64,000 nucleotides of DNA from contig JBELAO010000025.1 of the NCBI GenBank assembly GCA_049508735.1, positions 8 through 64,007 on the forward strand. Direction: 5' to 3'. A model generated the notes under the pieces. That model did not search any database and was not told the DNA's origin. It saw only the letters and a program-made list of their open reading frames with translations. A program made the translations under genes and the position numbers. The DNA comes from Bryobacteraceae bacterium (GTDB lineage: Bacteria; Acidobacteriota; Terriglobia; Bryobacterales; Bryobacteraceae). This document shows, piece by piece, positions 45,501 through 54,849 of this stretch (the stretch's first letter is position 1; every line of letters starts with the position of its first letter).

Positions 45501-46253
45501 GAATCCAAGTGGGGACAGCCGAGCGGCTTAGTAATGTTACTGCCGCACGGCTACGAAGGGCAGGGCCCTGAACATTCGAGCGCCCGCATCGAGCGCTACT
45601 TAGTTCTTTGCGCCGAAAACAACATGCAGGTTTGTAACTGCACCACGCCGGCGCAGTATTTCCACTTACTCCGCCGCCAGATGTATGGCGGCTCCGACCG
45701 CCGCGGTGTGCGCAAGCCGCTGGTCATCTTCACCCCCAAGAGCCTGCTGCGCCATCCGCGCGCCGTTTCCACCGTTCACGATTTCGCGACCGGCGGCTTC
45801 ATCGAGATTCTGGATGACTCCGCCGCCGATCCGCAGCGGATTTCGCGCGTAGTCTTCTGCTCGGGCAAAATCTATTACGACTTACTGCTAGCCCGCGAGG
45901 AGCGCAAAGCCGATCACGTCGCCCTGGTCCGCGTCGAGCAGCTTTATCCGTTTGAATCCAGCCAGGCCGCCGACATCCTAATTAAATACGCGCCCACCGC
46001 CGAGATCGTCTGGGCGCAGGAAGAGCCCAAAAACATGGGTCCCTGGCGCTTCATGCACGAACAGATGCAGCCGCTCGCCGACATCACCCGCCGCGAGATC
46101 CGCTACATAGGCCGCGCCGAATCCGCCAGCCCCGCCACCGGCTCCGGCAAGCGCCATCAACAAGAGCAGCACGAAATCATCGACGACGCGCTAACGCAAG
46201 GGCCGCTGTCGCAAACTAGGCGGGTGAGGCTGGTGGCGAAGCGGAAGAAGTAG
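42579..46253 (+). CDS. sucA: Kgd-type 2-oxoglutarate dehydrogenase E1 (decarboxylase) with an N-terminal E2-like acyltransferase domain
   Basis: Start at the ATG at 42579 (MAVKPDPQMGVNSWLEEELYRQY). The acyltransferase catalytic region is …LTSTYDHRIIQGAESGAF…. The E1 ThDP region includes …GMAHRGRLNLLANVVGK…HGDAAFAGQGVV…. The antisense ORF 42357..45269 was rejected. Confidence 0.9.
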   Translation: MAVKPDPQMGVNSWLEEELYRQYLLDRSAVDESWKEVFDSSGGVAAAPQPAPAKPSASGAPSKPALEPPAGGQLQPLRGAAGRIAENMAASVSIPLATSQRTIAVKVMDENRRIINQHRAVLGLSRVSYTHLIGWAVIKALEEFPGLNQAYAEKDGAAYRVVHPQINLGVAVDAAGKDGARNLLVPNIKNAGALNFQEYLSSFDDLVARARTGKLVTADFQSTTISLTNPGTVGTMSSSPRLMLGQGAIIATGAIDYPAEYHGTAAETRATLGISKVMTLTSTYDHRIIQGAESGAFLGRVQALLDGADSFYEEVFDHLKIPHQPVHWETDRRPGLPGAASTRTAEIAKEAAIMQMINAYRVRGHLIADLDPLGHEPSYHAELDPETYGLTIWDLDREFLTGSLGEAIGEAGPKPLATLREILETLRETYCGKIGCEYMNIQVPEQKRWLQQRMEPEKNHWPLATETRQRILRNLIAAEGFEHFLHSRFVGQKRFALEGAETALAILEEILERSSAGNVSEIVIGMAHRGRLNLLANVVGKDLKQIFSEFEGDIDPSSTQGSGDVKYHLGAHGVRHCENGREITVSIAPNPSHLEAVDPVVEGIVRPKQDHLGDTARERVIPLLIHGDAAFAGQGVVAETLNLSRLDGYSTGGTIHLIINNQIGFTTLPDESRSTPYSTDVARGVQAPIFHVNGDSPQAAVRVAQIAFDYRQKFKTDVVIDMICYRRHGHNEADDPSYTQPILYRKIKEHPSVATLYAERLVREGVATAEEVAAIRQQVSQRLAAGYDAAQEQAERYELQELSAVTTGDISSFCPRTAVNQQVLERVIRGITNFPDTFHVHPKLRGFLEKRRNAIAQATPLDWALAESLAFGTLALEGTAVRLSGQDSGRGTFSQRHLAFYDFETGKRYIPLQHISPDQARFDVYDSSLSEYAVLGFEFGYSVADPLTLVIWEAQFGDFANGAQIMIDQFISCAESKWGQPSGLVMLLPHGYEGQGPEHSSARIERYLVLCAENNMQVCNCTTPAQYFHLLRRQMYGGSDRRGVRKPLVIFTPKSLLRHPRAVSTVHDFATGGFIEILDDSAADPQRISRVVFCSGKIYYDLLLAREERKADHVALVRVEQLYPFESSQAADILIKYAPTAEIVWAQEEPKNMGPWRFMHEQMQPLADITRREIRYIGRAESASPATGSGKRHQQEQHEIIDDALTQGPLSQTRRVRLVAKRKK

Positions 46254-46816
46254 GCAGGATGGAGAGGTTTGGGTCACGCGTGGATCGAGCTGCCATCTGG
46301 CATTCTCAATCCATCGTTTTGTTCGCAAGCTGATCTGTCTTCCGGACCCGTTTCCGAAGTCCCACGGGCGGAGCCACGGGTGCGTTGAGTGGTTTCGGCA
46401 TTAGGCATAAGCGCTCTGGCCGGTAAGCTCAATTTCGTTGAAGGAGGGTAGGTGAATCAGATGAGCCAGTGACTATGAAAAATACCACTTCAGTGCAACA
46501 TGTGAGGCTTCCGACTCGGCAGTGCTTCACTGTCTGCGCGCTCTATGCCAGTGGGCGGAAAGATGGAAGAAGCCCCAAATTGGATGGGGTGGAACCGGCA
46601 AGAGCGACTGGGAAGCATCAGGCCACAGGTTCACCCTGCGCTTCACAGACCCCGATTATCGCCGACATTTCCTGGACAAGGCTGACGAGTTATTGAAGGG
46701 CAGATGGTGTCTCGTCGCGACGAATGACGACGATCCGGCGATGCCTCAGCGGGCGCCCCGGTGAGGCGGGCCGGAGCCGTTCACGTTGGAGAGGACCGAC
46801 CCAGGAGCGACGTCGC

Positions 46817-47581
46817 TCACGCCACCCGCTCACGCTCGAAAAACTGCATCCCGTTCTCCCGGAAGTCATCCAGCGACGTGAACTGTTTGTCGGCGGCGCT
46901 GGTGATGCGGGTGCGGTCCTTTCTGGTGATCCCGCTTTCGAAATCCTGGTGCACCATCACGCTCTTGAACGGCAGGCGGCGCCTCTGGAACTCCAGGCAG
47001 GAAATGGTCGTCAGGCGGGCCTTGTCGCTGTCTTTGACCCCAAAAAGGTATAGCGGCCGTGGGCCGGCGTCGAACTGAAAATCCACCTCATACTCGTCGT
47101 GATCCGGGATGGGCAGCACGTGAGCGCGCGGGTTGTATTCACCCAGTCGATCTTCGATGAACTCCGTCAGTTGCTCGTAAAACAGGCTCTGGATCACTTC
47201 ACGCTTGAAGTACTGCATGCTGGAGATCTTGGCCACCGTCTGCGCAAACTGGAGAATGGCCGGGTATAGCCGTTCCGGCTCCGCTTCGATGTAAAGCCGC
47301 CCGTCCTGCTCCTGGATACGGTTCTCGGCCAGGATGCGATTGAAAATCCGCTGCTTGTTTTCGGTGTCCAGGTCGTAGCTGTACGTCAACCGCATGAGCG
47401 TCATGCCGTGATCGCTGATCCGGACTTTGTTCGAGCCGTTCCGCGATTCGTCGATGAAGATGTCCACCATGTCGCCGTCTTCGTGAAACAGCGGCGCCAA
47501 CACTTGGACCACACCCGGACGGCGCTCCCGGAATGCCACGTGGCCATTGAACTGCTGTTTCAGCAACTCTAGTCCGGTCAT
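46817..47581 (-). CDS. DUF1828/DUF1829-type two-domain protein, function unknown
   Basis: 254-aa ORF with a clean protein-like sequence. I recognise the N-terminal (…VQVLAPLFHEDGDMVDIFIDE…ISDHGMTLMRL) and C-terminal (…YEVDFQFDAGPRPLYLFGVKDSDKARLTTISCLEF…) halves as the DUF1828 + DUF1829 architecture, from memory. Its ATG overlaps the upstream stop (ATGA). The locus has lower GC. Confidence 0.7.
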   Translation of the reverse strand: MTGLELLKQQFNGHVAFRERRPGVVQVLAPLFHEDGDMVDIFIDESRNGSNKVRISDHGMTLMRLTYSYDLDTENKQRIFNRILAENRIQEQDGRLYIEAEPERLYPAILQFAQTVAKISSMQYFKREVIQSLFYEQLTEFIEDRLGEYNPRAHVLPIPDHDEYEVDFQFDAGPRPLYLFGVKDSDKARLTTISCLEFQRRRLPFKSVMVHQDFESGITRKDRTRITSAADKQFTSLDDFRENGMQFFERERVA

Positions 47582-48098
47582 GGGGCTGGTTCCTGTTCGT
47601 CGAAGGGGAGTTTTTCTTGTGCAAGATCGGGGAAGTGAGCGGCTGCGTCGGTAATGTTGGCTGTCCTCAAGAAATACTGGAGCGCCTCTTCATATGACGC
47701 AAAATCCCGGTTCACGGCTGCGGACTTCTCCGGCCGCTGCCCGCTTCCATCATCTCCGCACTGGCGCGATGCACGTGAAAGTCCCAATGCGGGTCGCTCG
47801 GATCGAAGGAGTCATTGAAGCCGCCGTGCGGTCCGTTGCAGCGTAACAGCAGGATCTCGCCAGTGCCGTCCTTGGGGAGGAATGCTAGGCCGATGGAAAA
47901 GTTCTCGGGCAAGTCCTCGCTGCGCCGCATGAAGGCCCGGAATTCGAGAGCGCTGTCACCGGACCTCAACCGCATGTCATTGCGGAGGTGCCCGCGATCC
48001 AGCCTCATTTCGCGTTTCGGCGGTTCCGTGATCGTCTTGGCGCAGCCGATGAGGCCATCGATTTCGTCCTGAGTGTACCGTCGTGGCTCAATTGCCAT
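47578..48098 (-). pseudogene. Unknown protein gene with a frame break, or two small overlapping genes (128 aa plus ~50-69 aa)
   Basis: ORF 47712..48098 (…LLLRCNGPHGGFNDSFDPSDPHWDFHVHRASAEMMEAG…) and ORF 47578..47787 (…VNRDFASYEEALQYFLRTANITDAAAHFPDLAQEKLPFDEQEPAP) overlap by 76 nt in frames offset by one. The second ORF ends in an ATGA overlap with the DUF1828/1829 gene. Confidence 0.5.
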
Positions 48099-48265
48099 GG
48101 CTAGATCGATCTGCCGATATCGAGTAGCATCGGCGCTCCCTTTGTCGTTAGCATAGCATCCGAATCAATGACCGCTTGCCGGTCTGCCTTTCCTGGCGCG
48201 TAAGAATCGCGCCGTCAGCTTTGCCCGTTCCCCATTAAAGAGGTATAGGTGTTATTTTAGGGGCC

Positions 48266-48748
48266 ATGGAAGCATTCATCGACCAGGTGATTGCGAGCCG
48301 CAGTGGCCGTCCCGGGGCGCTGCTGGCCATACTGGAAGCCGTCCAGAACCGTCATCCTCAGAAGTATCTCCCGGAGGCCAGCCTTCGCTACATCGCCACG
48401 GCGATGAAGATCCCGCCGGCGCGGATCTACAGCGTGGCGACCTTCTATGCGCTGTTCAACCTGAAGCCGCAAGGCGAGCACACCATCTGCATCTGCCGCG
48501 GAACGGCGTGCCACACGCGGGGCTCGCGCAGCCTGCTGGAGAGCGTCCGGCTGGATCTGGGCATTAGCGGCGAAGAGGACGAATCGCCCACTTCGCCGGA
48601 CGGAAAATTCACCATTCGCACGGTGGCATGCTTCGGGCAGTGCGCACTGGCGCCGGTGGTGGAGTTGGACCATCGCATCTGCGGCCACGTGAATGAGAGA
48701 CAGCTCTCGCGCGAAGTGGCGGCCATCGCCGAGGGTCACGACCGATGA
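48266..48748 (+). CDS. hoxE: HoxE / NuoE-like [2Fe-2S] diaphorase subunit
   Basis: Four-Cys thioredoxin-like ferredoxin pattern: CRGTACHTRG … CFGQCALAP. Confidence 0.85.
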   Translation: MEAFIDQVIASRSGRPGALLAILEAVQNRHPQKYLPEASLRYIATAMKIPPARIYSVATFYALFNLKPQGEHTICICRGTACHTRGSRSLLESVRLDLGISGEEDESPTSPDGKFTIRTVACFGQCALAPVVELDHRICGHVNERQLSREVAAIAEGHDR

Positions 48749-51700
48749 CGCGAATTCTGGATATCAACGGCTTTAGCGACGTGCGCGAGCGCGGCCTGGC
48801 GAAACTGGTGCCGGCGCGCGCCCGCATCGCGGTGGGCATGGGCACCTGCGGGCGCGGCAACGGCGCCGAGGGCCTCTACCATGCCTTCGCCGAGCAGATC
48901 GACCGCGGCGGCGCGGATGTGTCGCTCTCGAGCGTGGGCTGCCTGGGGCCCTGCTCGGAGGAGCCGCTGGTCTCCGTGCGCCTGCCGGGGCGGCCGCTGG
49001 TGATCCTGCACCGCGTGCAGGCGAGCGATGTGTCGCGCATCCTGCACGATGTGGCGACCTACAACGTGACGCCGGATCTGACGTACTGCAAGATCGAGGA
49101 ATGGGACCACATCACCTCGCACATCAAGTACGGATCCGCCTGGCCGGAGCTGCGCAATTGGGACGAGGTGCCCTTCTTCCGCGGGCAGAAGAAAATCGTC
49201 ACCCGCAACTGCGGCTTCATCGATCCGGACGATCTTGAAGAGTACATGGCGGTAGGCGGCTATCAGGCCTTATATAAGGTACTCATCGAAGGGCACCCGG
49301 AGGCGGTGATCGAGCAGGTCAAGGCGTCGAAACTGCGCGGGCGCGGCGGCGCGGGATATCTCACCGGAAACAAGTGGGAGTTCCTGTCCAAGAACAAGGC
49401 CAGCCAGAAATACATCATCTGCAACGCGGACGAAGGCGATCCGGGCGCCTACATGAACCGCAACGAAATCGAAAGCGACCCGCATTCGTTGATCGAGGGC
49501 ATGATCATCGGCGCCTACGTGATGGGCGCTACCGAAGGCATCGTATACGTGCGCGCCGAATACCCGCTGGCGGTTCACCGGCTGGAACGCGCCATCGAGC
49601 AGGCGCGCGAGTACGGCATGCTGGGCGAGAACATCCTGGGGCGCGGGTTCCAGTTCGATATCTCGCTGGTGGAAGGCGCGGGAGCCTTTGTCTGCGGTGA
49701 GGAGACGGCCCTCATTGCGTCGCTCGAAGGCATGGCCGGGCGGCCGCGGCCGCGTCCCCCATTTCCGGCGCAAAAGGGGTTGTGGGGCAGGCCGACCAGC
49801 ATCAACAACGTCGAGACCTGGTACAACATCGCGCCCATCGTCACCAAGGGTGCGGCATGGTTCACCGAAACCGGCAGCACGAAAAGCGCGGGGACCAAGG
49901 TTTTCTCGCTGGTGGGCAAGATCACCAACTCAGGGCTGGTGGAATTGCCGCTGGGGACGCCGCTGAAGACGCTGGTGTACGACATCGGCGAGGGCGGCAT
50001 TGCCGGGAGGGCGATCAAGGCCGTGCAGACCGGCGGCCCGTCGGGCGGCTGCATCCCGCATGAGATGTTCGACACCGCGGTGGATTACGAAAGCCTGGCG
50101 CAGATCGGCTCCATCATGGGGTCCGGCGGCATGGTGGTGATGGATGAAGACAACTGCATGGTGGACGTGGCGCGGTTCTTCATCGAGTTCACGCATTCCG
50201 AATCCTGCGGCAAATGCGTACCGTGCCGCGTGGGCCTGGATAAAGCGCTGAAGACCCTGGACGCGTTCACCCGCGGGGTCGCCACGCAAGACCAGTTCGA
50301 GGTGCTCGAAGACCTGGGACGGATGATTCGCGACTGCTCCTTGTGCGGCCTGGGCCAGTCGGCGCCCAATCCGGTGCTGACCGCGCTTCGCCACTTCCGC
50401 CATGAATTCGAAGACCACATTGTGGCGCGGCGCTGCCGGGCGGGCGTCTGCGAAGAGCTGGTGCTTTCGCCCTGCGAGAACAGTTGCCCGCTCCACATGA
50501 ACATCCCGCGCTTCCTGCAACTGTATAAGGAAGGCAAGCTGGATGAGGCCTACGAATCGGTGGTGCTCGATAATCCCCTGCCCGCGTCCACCGGCCGGGT
50601 ATGCCAGCACCCCTGCGACAATCGGTGCCGGCGCCAGACGCTGGATGAAGCGGTGAACATGCGCGACGTTCACCGGCTGATTGCCGACTCGGTGTTCGCC
50701 TCCGACCGGTACGAAGAGCTGAATGCCCGCGTGGTGGCGCGGCGATTCGCGCCCAGCGGGCGCAAGATCGCGGTGGCGGGCGCGGGGCCGGCCGGCCTGA
50801 CCGCCGCATACTACCTGGCGATGCTGGGTCACGAAGTCACGGTGTTCGAGAGCAAAGCCGAGGCGGGCGGCATGCTGCGGTATGTGCTGCCGGAGTACCG
50901 GCTGCCGAAAGAGGTATTGCGAAAAGAGATCCAGCTCATTGAGCGGATGGGAGTCAAATTCGTATTCGATACGCGGGTCGGATTCGACCTGCCGCTGCAC
51001 GAACTCGACGACCGGTTCGACGCGGTCTTCCTATCCTTCGGAACCTGGAAGGAATCGTGGGTGTATCTGGCGGGCACCGAGCTGAAGGGCGTGTGGCCGG
51101 CGCTGCCGTTCCTGGAAGCGGTGGCGCGCCAGGAGGAGATCTCGCTCGGCCGCAAAGTCGCCATTATCGGCGGAGGCAATGCCGCCATCGATTCGGCGCG
51201 CACGGTTCTGCGCATGGGAGCCGAGGCGCTGATCGTGTATCGCCGCGAACGCAAAGACATGCCCGCCATCGAAGAGGAGACGCTGGCAGCCGAGGATGAG
51301 GGCGCCAAGATCCTGTTCCTGGCGGCGCCGCACCGCATCATCGGAACGCCCGATGGGCGCGTGAAGGCGCTCGAAGTGGTGAAGACCAAGCTGGGCGAGT
51401 ACGATTCCTCGGGCCGCCGCAAGCCGGTTCCCACCGGCGAGATTCAGCGCTACGAGTGCGACAGCGTAATCCTGGCGGTGGGGGAAGCCGTGGACATGGA
51501 CCTGCTGCAAGCCTCCGGCCTGAAAATCAGCGAGCAGAAAACCATCGAGATCGACCGCTACTCGATGGAGACCAGCCGGCCGCGGTTCTTCGCCGGCGGC
51601 GACGTGGTCAGCGGCGCTTCGAACCTCTCCAACGCGATGGGTTACGGAAAGAAGGCGGCGCGCAACATCGACGAGCGGTTGATGGGCGTGCGCCGTTGGG

Positions 51701-51903
51701 CGAAGCTGTTTCCGGAGTTCGAGTACGCGCAGGAGGCGCCTTTGCTGCCGAGCGAGAGCCGCCGCCACCATCCGGGCCATCTGCCGGCGCACGAACGGGT
51801 GAAGAGCGTCGAGGAAGTGGTGATCGGCCTGACGCTGGAGGAGGCTCACGAGGAAGCGTGCCGGTGCCTGCGCTGTGACGTGAAAGCGGTGGGTGGGAGA
51901 TAA
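48745..51903 (+). CDS. hoxF: HoxF / NuoF-like FMN-NAD(H) diaphorase subunit fused to a GltD/NfnB-like FAD-NAD(P)H oxidoreductase module
   Basis: NuoF part: [33 protein letters not shown] and [13 protein letters not shown]. GltD-like part: [12 protein letters not shown]…[11 protein letters not shown], then [46 protein letters not shown] and [13 protein letters not shown] overlap with hoxE. Confidence 0.85.
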   Translation: MTRILDINGFSDVRERGLAKLVPARARIAVGMGTCGRGNGAEGLYHAFAEQIDRGGADVSLSSVGCLGPCSEEPLVSVRLPGRPLVILHRVQASDVSRILHDVATYNVTPDLTYCKIEEWDHITSHIKYGSAWPELRNWDEVPFFRGQKKIVTRNCGFIDPDDLEEYMAVGGYQALYKVLIEGHPEAVIEQVKASKLRGRGGAGYLTGNKWEFLSKNKASQKYIICNADEGDPGAYMNRNEIESDPHSLIEGMIIGAYVMGATEGIVYVRAEYPLAVHRLERAIEQAREYGMLGENILGRGFQFDISLVEGAGAFVCGEETALIASLEGMAGRPRPRPPFPAQKGLWGRPTSINNVETWYNIAPIVTKGAAWFTETGSTKSAGTKVFSLVGKITNSGLVELPLGTPLKTLVYDIGEGGIAGRAIKAVQTGGPSGGCIPHEMFDTAVDYESLAQIGSIMGSGGMVVMDEDNCMVDVARFFIEFTHSESCGKCVPCRVGLDKALKTLDAFTRGVATQDQFEVLEDLGRMIRDCSLCGLGQSAPNPVLTALRHFRHEFEDHIVARRCRAGVCEELVLSPCENSCPLHMNIPRFLQLYKEGKLDEAYESVVLDNPLPASTGRVCQHPCDNRCRRQTLDEAVNMRDVHRLIADSVFASDRYEELNARVVARRFAPSGRKIAVAGAGPAGLTAAYYLAMLGHEVTVFESKAEAGGMLRYVLPEYRLPKEVLRKEIQLIERMGVKFVFDTRVGFDLPLHELDDRFDAVFLSFGTWKESWVYLAGTELKGVWPALPFLEAVARQEEISLGRKVAIIGGGNAAIDSARTVLRMGAEALIVYRRERKDMPAIEEETLAAEDEGAKILFLAAPHRIIGTPDGRVKALEVVKTKLGEYDSSGRRKPVPTGEIQRYECDSVILAVGEAVDMDLLQASGLKISEQKTIEIDRYSMETSRPRFFAGGDVVSGASNLSNAMGYGKKAARNIDERLMGVRRWAKLFPEFEYAQEAPLLPSESRRHHPGHLPAHERVKSVEEVVIGLTLEEAHEEACRCLRCDVKAVGGR

Positions 51904-51904
51904 C

Positions 51905-52618
51905 ATGGCGCAAAAGAAAATCTCGATCCGGATTGACGGCGAACTGGTGGGCGCCACCGAGGGAATGACGATTCTCGAAGCGGCGCAGGGAGCCGGGAAG
52001 GAAATTCCCACGCTCTGTCACATGGACGGGCTGACCGCGGTGGGAGCCTGCCGGTTGTGCGTGGTGGAGGTGGCGGGCATTGGCCGCCTGCTGCCGGCCT
52101 GCACCACGCCGGCGCAGGACGGCATGTCGGTGACTACGGTTTCGGCGCAGCTTACGCGATACCGGCGGATGGTGATCGAGCTGTTGCTGGTGGAGCGAAA
52201 CCACGTCTGCTCCGTGTGCGTATCGAACGGGCATTGCGAGTTGCAATCGCTCGCCAAATCGCTGGGCGTGAGCAGCGTACGGTACCCGTACAATTATCCG
52301 CGCCTGCCGGTGGACCTCTCGCATAGCCGTTTCGTGCTGGATCACAACCGCTGCGTGCTGTGCACGCGGTGCGTGCGGGTCTGCGCCGAGGTGGAAGGGG
52401 CGCACGTTTGGGAAATCACCAACCGCGGGATTAAGTGCCGGGTGACCAGCGAGATGAACCAGCCGTGGGGATCGGCTGCGAGTTGCACCAACTGCGGCAA
52501 GTGCGTTCAATCGTGCCCGACCGGCGCATTGATCGAGAAAGGGTTCGCGGTGGAAGAGATGACCAAGCGCCACGAAAACATCAGCGCACTGGCGCTCGCG
52601 AAAGGAGCCCGCCCATGA
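51905..52618 (+). CDS. hoxU: HoxU / NuoG-N-terminal-like Fe-S subunit
   Basis: 2Fe-2S motif [20 protein letters not shown]. His/Cys cluster [18 protein letters not shown]. Two 4Fe-4S motifs, [11 protein letters not shown] and [12 protein letters not shown]. Confidence 0.85.
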   Translation: MAQKKISIRIDGELVGATEGMTILEAAQGAGKEIPTLCHMDGLTAVGACRLCVVEVAGIGRLLPACTTPAQDGMSVTTVSAQLTRYRRMVIELLLVERNHVCSVCVSNGHCELQSLAKSLGVSSVRYPYNYPRLPVDLSHSRFVLDHNRCVLCTRCVRVCAEVEGAHVWEITNRGIKCRVTSEMNQPWGSAASCTNCGKCVQSCPTGALIEKGFAVEEMTKRHENISALALAKGARP

Positions 52619-53145
52619 ACCGGCTGAAGCTGGCGACCGTGTGGCTGGACGGCTGCTCGGGCTGCCACATGTCGCTGCTCGATATCGACGCCGCCATCAT
52701 CGACGTGGCGGGCAAGGCGGATCTGGTATACGGCCCGCTGGTGGACGCGCAGGAATTTCCCGAGGGCGTGGATGTCACCCTGGTGGAAGGCGCGGTGAGC
52801 AGCCAGGAAGATTTGAAGAAGCTGCAAAAAATCCGCAGCCGCACGCGGACCCTGGTAGCGCTGGGCGATTGCGCGGTGACCAGCAACGTCTCCGCCATGC
52901 GGAACGGCCTGCCGGTGCAGAAGATGCTGCAATCGATCTACGTCGAGGGCGTGTCGGAATCGAAGGGCGTGCCCACCGATGGCGTGCCGGCGCTGCTGGC
53001 GCAGGCGCGGCCGGTGCGCGAATTCGTCAAAGTGGATCTGCACGTGCCCGGATGCCCGCCCGCTTCCAAGGCCATCCTCAGCGTTCTCAGCGACCTGCTG
53101 GCGGGGCGGAAGCCCGATGCGAGCGCCAAATTGAAATTCGGCTAG
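52615..53145 (+). CDS. hoxY: [NiFe]-hydrogenase small subunit, group 3 type
   Basis: [23 protein letters not shown]…LGDCAV…VPGCPP, the proximal-cluster Cys pattern of short group 3 small subunits. ATGA overlap with hoxU. Confidence 0.85.
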   Translation: MNRLKLATVWLDGCSGCHMSLLDIDAAIIDVAGKADLVYGPLVDAQEFPEGVDVTLVEGAVSSQEDLKKLQKIRSRTRTLVALGDCAVTSNVSAMRNGLPVQKMLQSIYVEGVSESKGVPTDGVPALLAQARPVREFVKVDLHVPGCPPASKAILSVLSDLLAGRKPDASAKLKFG

Positions 53146-53156
53146 GAGACTTGCGG

Positions 53157-54575
53157 ATGAAACGAATCACCATCGATCCCGTAACCCGCATTGAAGGGCA
53201 CGCGAAGATCACCATCCATCTGGGAGACGACGGCAAGGTGGCGCGCACCCAGTTCCACGTGACGCAGATCCGCGGGTTCGAGAAGTTCACCGAAGGCCGC
53301 CCGTTCTACGAAATGCCGGGGATCACTTCGCGGGTGTGCGGCATCTGCCCGATCAGCCATCTGCTGGCGTCTTCCAAAGCGTGCGACGCCATCCTCGCCG
53401 TGCGGATTCCCAAGGCGGCCGCGCTGCTCCGTGAGCTGGTCCATTACGCGCAATTCGTGCAGTCCCACGCGCTGAGCTTCTTTCACCTGTCGTCGCCGGA
53501 CCTGCTGCTGGGTTTCGATTCCGATATGGCGAAGCGCAACGTGCTCGGCGTCATCGAAAAACACCCGGAGCTGGCGCGCGATGGCATCGAGCTGCGCAAG
53601 TTCGGCCAGCACGCGATCGAAATTCTGTGCAAGGAGCGTGTGCATCCGTCCTGGATCGTGCCGGGCGGAATGAAGGAGCCGCTCAGCGCCGCCGGGCGGG
53701 GCGAGATGCTGGCAGGCCTGCCGCAGGCCAAGGAAATCGCGCGCCGGGCGCTCGCGCTTTTCAAGAGCGTGCTGGACCGCTTCGACGAAGAGATCAAGAA
53801 TTTCGGCACCGCGCCGATGATGAGCGCGGGGCTGGTGGACCGCTCCGGCGCGGTCGCGCTGTACGACGGCGGGTTGCGCTTCCGCGACGCCGAGGGCGCC
53901 GTGGTCGAAGACCAGATTCCGGCCGAAGACTACGCGACCTACATCGGCGAAGCGTCGGCGAAAGATTCGTACATGAAGTCGCCATACTTCCGGCCGCGCG
54001 GTTTTCCGGCGGGCATTTACCGCGTGGGTCCGCTGGCGCGATTGAGCGTCGCCGACCGCTGCGGCACGCCGGAGGCCGATAAAGAGCTGGCCGAATTCCG
54101 CGAGCGCTTCGGGCGCACGCCGCGCAGCTCGTTCCTCTATCACTATGCGCGCCTGATCGAGGCACTCTATGCGCTGGAGCGGATGGAAGTGCTGTTGCTC
54201 GATCCGCGCATCCTCGACACTCACGTGCGCGCGCGAGCCGGAGTGAACGCGCTCGAAGGAATCGGCGTGATCGAGGCCCCGCGCGGAACCCTCATTCATC
54301 ACTATAAAGTGAACGAGGACGGCGGCATGGTCTGGGCCAACCTGATTGTGGCCACCGGACACAACGCACTGGCCATCGCCGGCAGCGTGGAAGAGACGGC
54401 CAAGCATTTTGTCGATGGCGGGAAATTGCAGGAAGGCATGTTGAACCGCGTGTCGGCGGTGGTGCGCGCGTATGACCCGTGCCTGAGCTGCTCGACGCAC
54501 GCCGGCGGCGCGACGCCGGTCGCCGTCGAATTACGCGCGCCGGATGGGGCGCTGCTCGATGAGGCACGAACGTAG
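53157..54575 (+). CDS. hoxH: [NiFe]-hydrogenase large subunit, group 3d-like
   Basis: N-terminal RIEGH and [10 protein letters not shown] (L1) motifs. C-terminal DPCLSCSTH (L2) followed by a cleavable extension. Confidence 0.9.
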   Translation: MKRITIDPVTRIEGHAKITIHLGDDGKVARTQFHVTQIRGFEKFTEGRPFYEMPGITSRVCGICPISHLLASSKACDAILAVRIPKAAALLRELVHYAQFVQSHALSFFHLSSPDLLLGFDSDMAKRNVLGVIEKHPELARDGIELRKFGQHAIEILCKERVHPSWIVPGGMKEPLSAAGRGEMLAGLPQAKEIARRALALFKSVLDRFDEEIKNFGTAPMMSAGLVDRSGAVALYDGGLRFRDAEGAVVEDQIPAEDYATYIGEASAKDSYMKSPYFRPRGFPAGIYRVGPLARLSVADRCGTPEADKELAEFRERFGRTPRSSFLYHYARLIEALYALERMEVLLLDPRILDTHVRARAGVNALEGIGVIEAPRGTLIHHYKVNEDGGMVWANLIVATGHNALAIAGSVEETAKHFVDGGKLQEGMLNRVSAVVRAYDPCLSCSTHAGGATPVAVELRAPDGALLDEART

Positions 54576-54599
54576 CGGCTGTAGCCAGTGGCCCACGCC

Positions 54600-54849
54600 G
54601 CCGCGGCGCGGGCTGCCCGTGCACCATCCGGGGCCGTCAAGCCTGCAGCGTCGAGAATCGTCTCGACGTTCCTTCGCGGTAGGACAGACCATCGCCTTTC
54701 GTGGTCTGTCATCGCGCCCCAAAGTGCAGCAAGTTGACAGACGACAGAAACCGATCGTCTGTCCTACCTCGGCGCCCCGCCGCCCACTCCGCAGCCAAGC
54801 AACGTCGAGACGACTCTCGACGCTGCACGCAGGAGTGCGCGCGCCACGG
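54600..54849. repeat. Repeat cluster A + D(inverted) + C filling the hoxH-hoxW spacer
   Basis: Family A core at 54600-54668. Family D at 54676-54772; its reverse complement is near-identical to 13204-13304. Family C double hairpin at 54803-54849. Confidence 0.85.

Noticed and set aside
46469-46764. Two overlapping small plus-strand ORFs at the left edge of the island (75 and 80 aa).
   Set aside because: There is no convincing RBS: AAGGAGGG at 46441 serves only a 3-codon ORF. One ORF has a GTG start and neither has a recognisable motif. I mention them under the island finding but did not call them as genes.
47712-47787. Programmed -1 ribosomal frameshift joining the two island ORFs.
   Set aside because: There is no slippery X XXY YYZ heptamer and no obvious downstream pseudoknot in the overlap. 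An indel or separate initiation is the simpler explanation.
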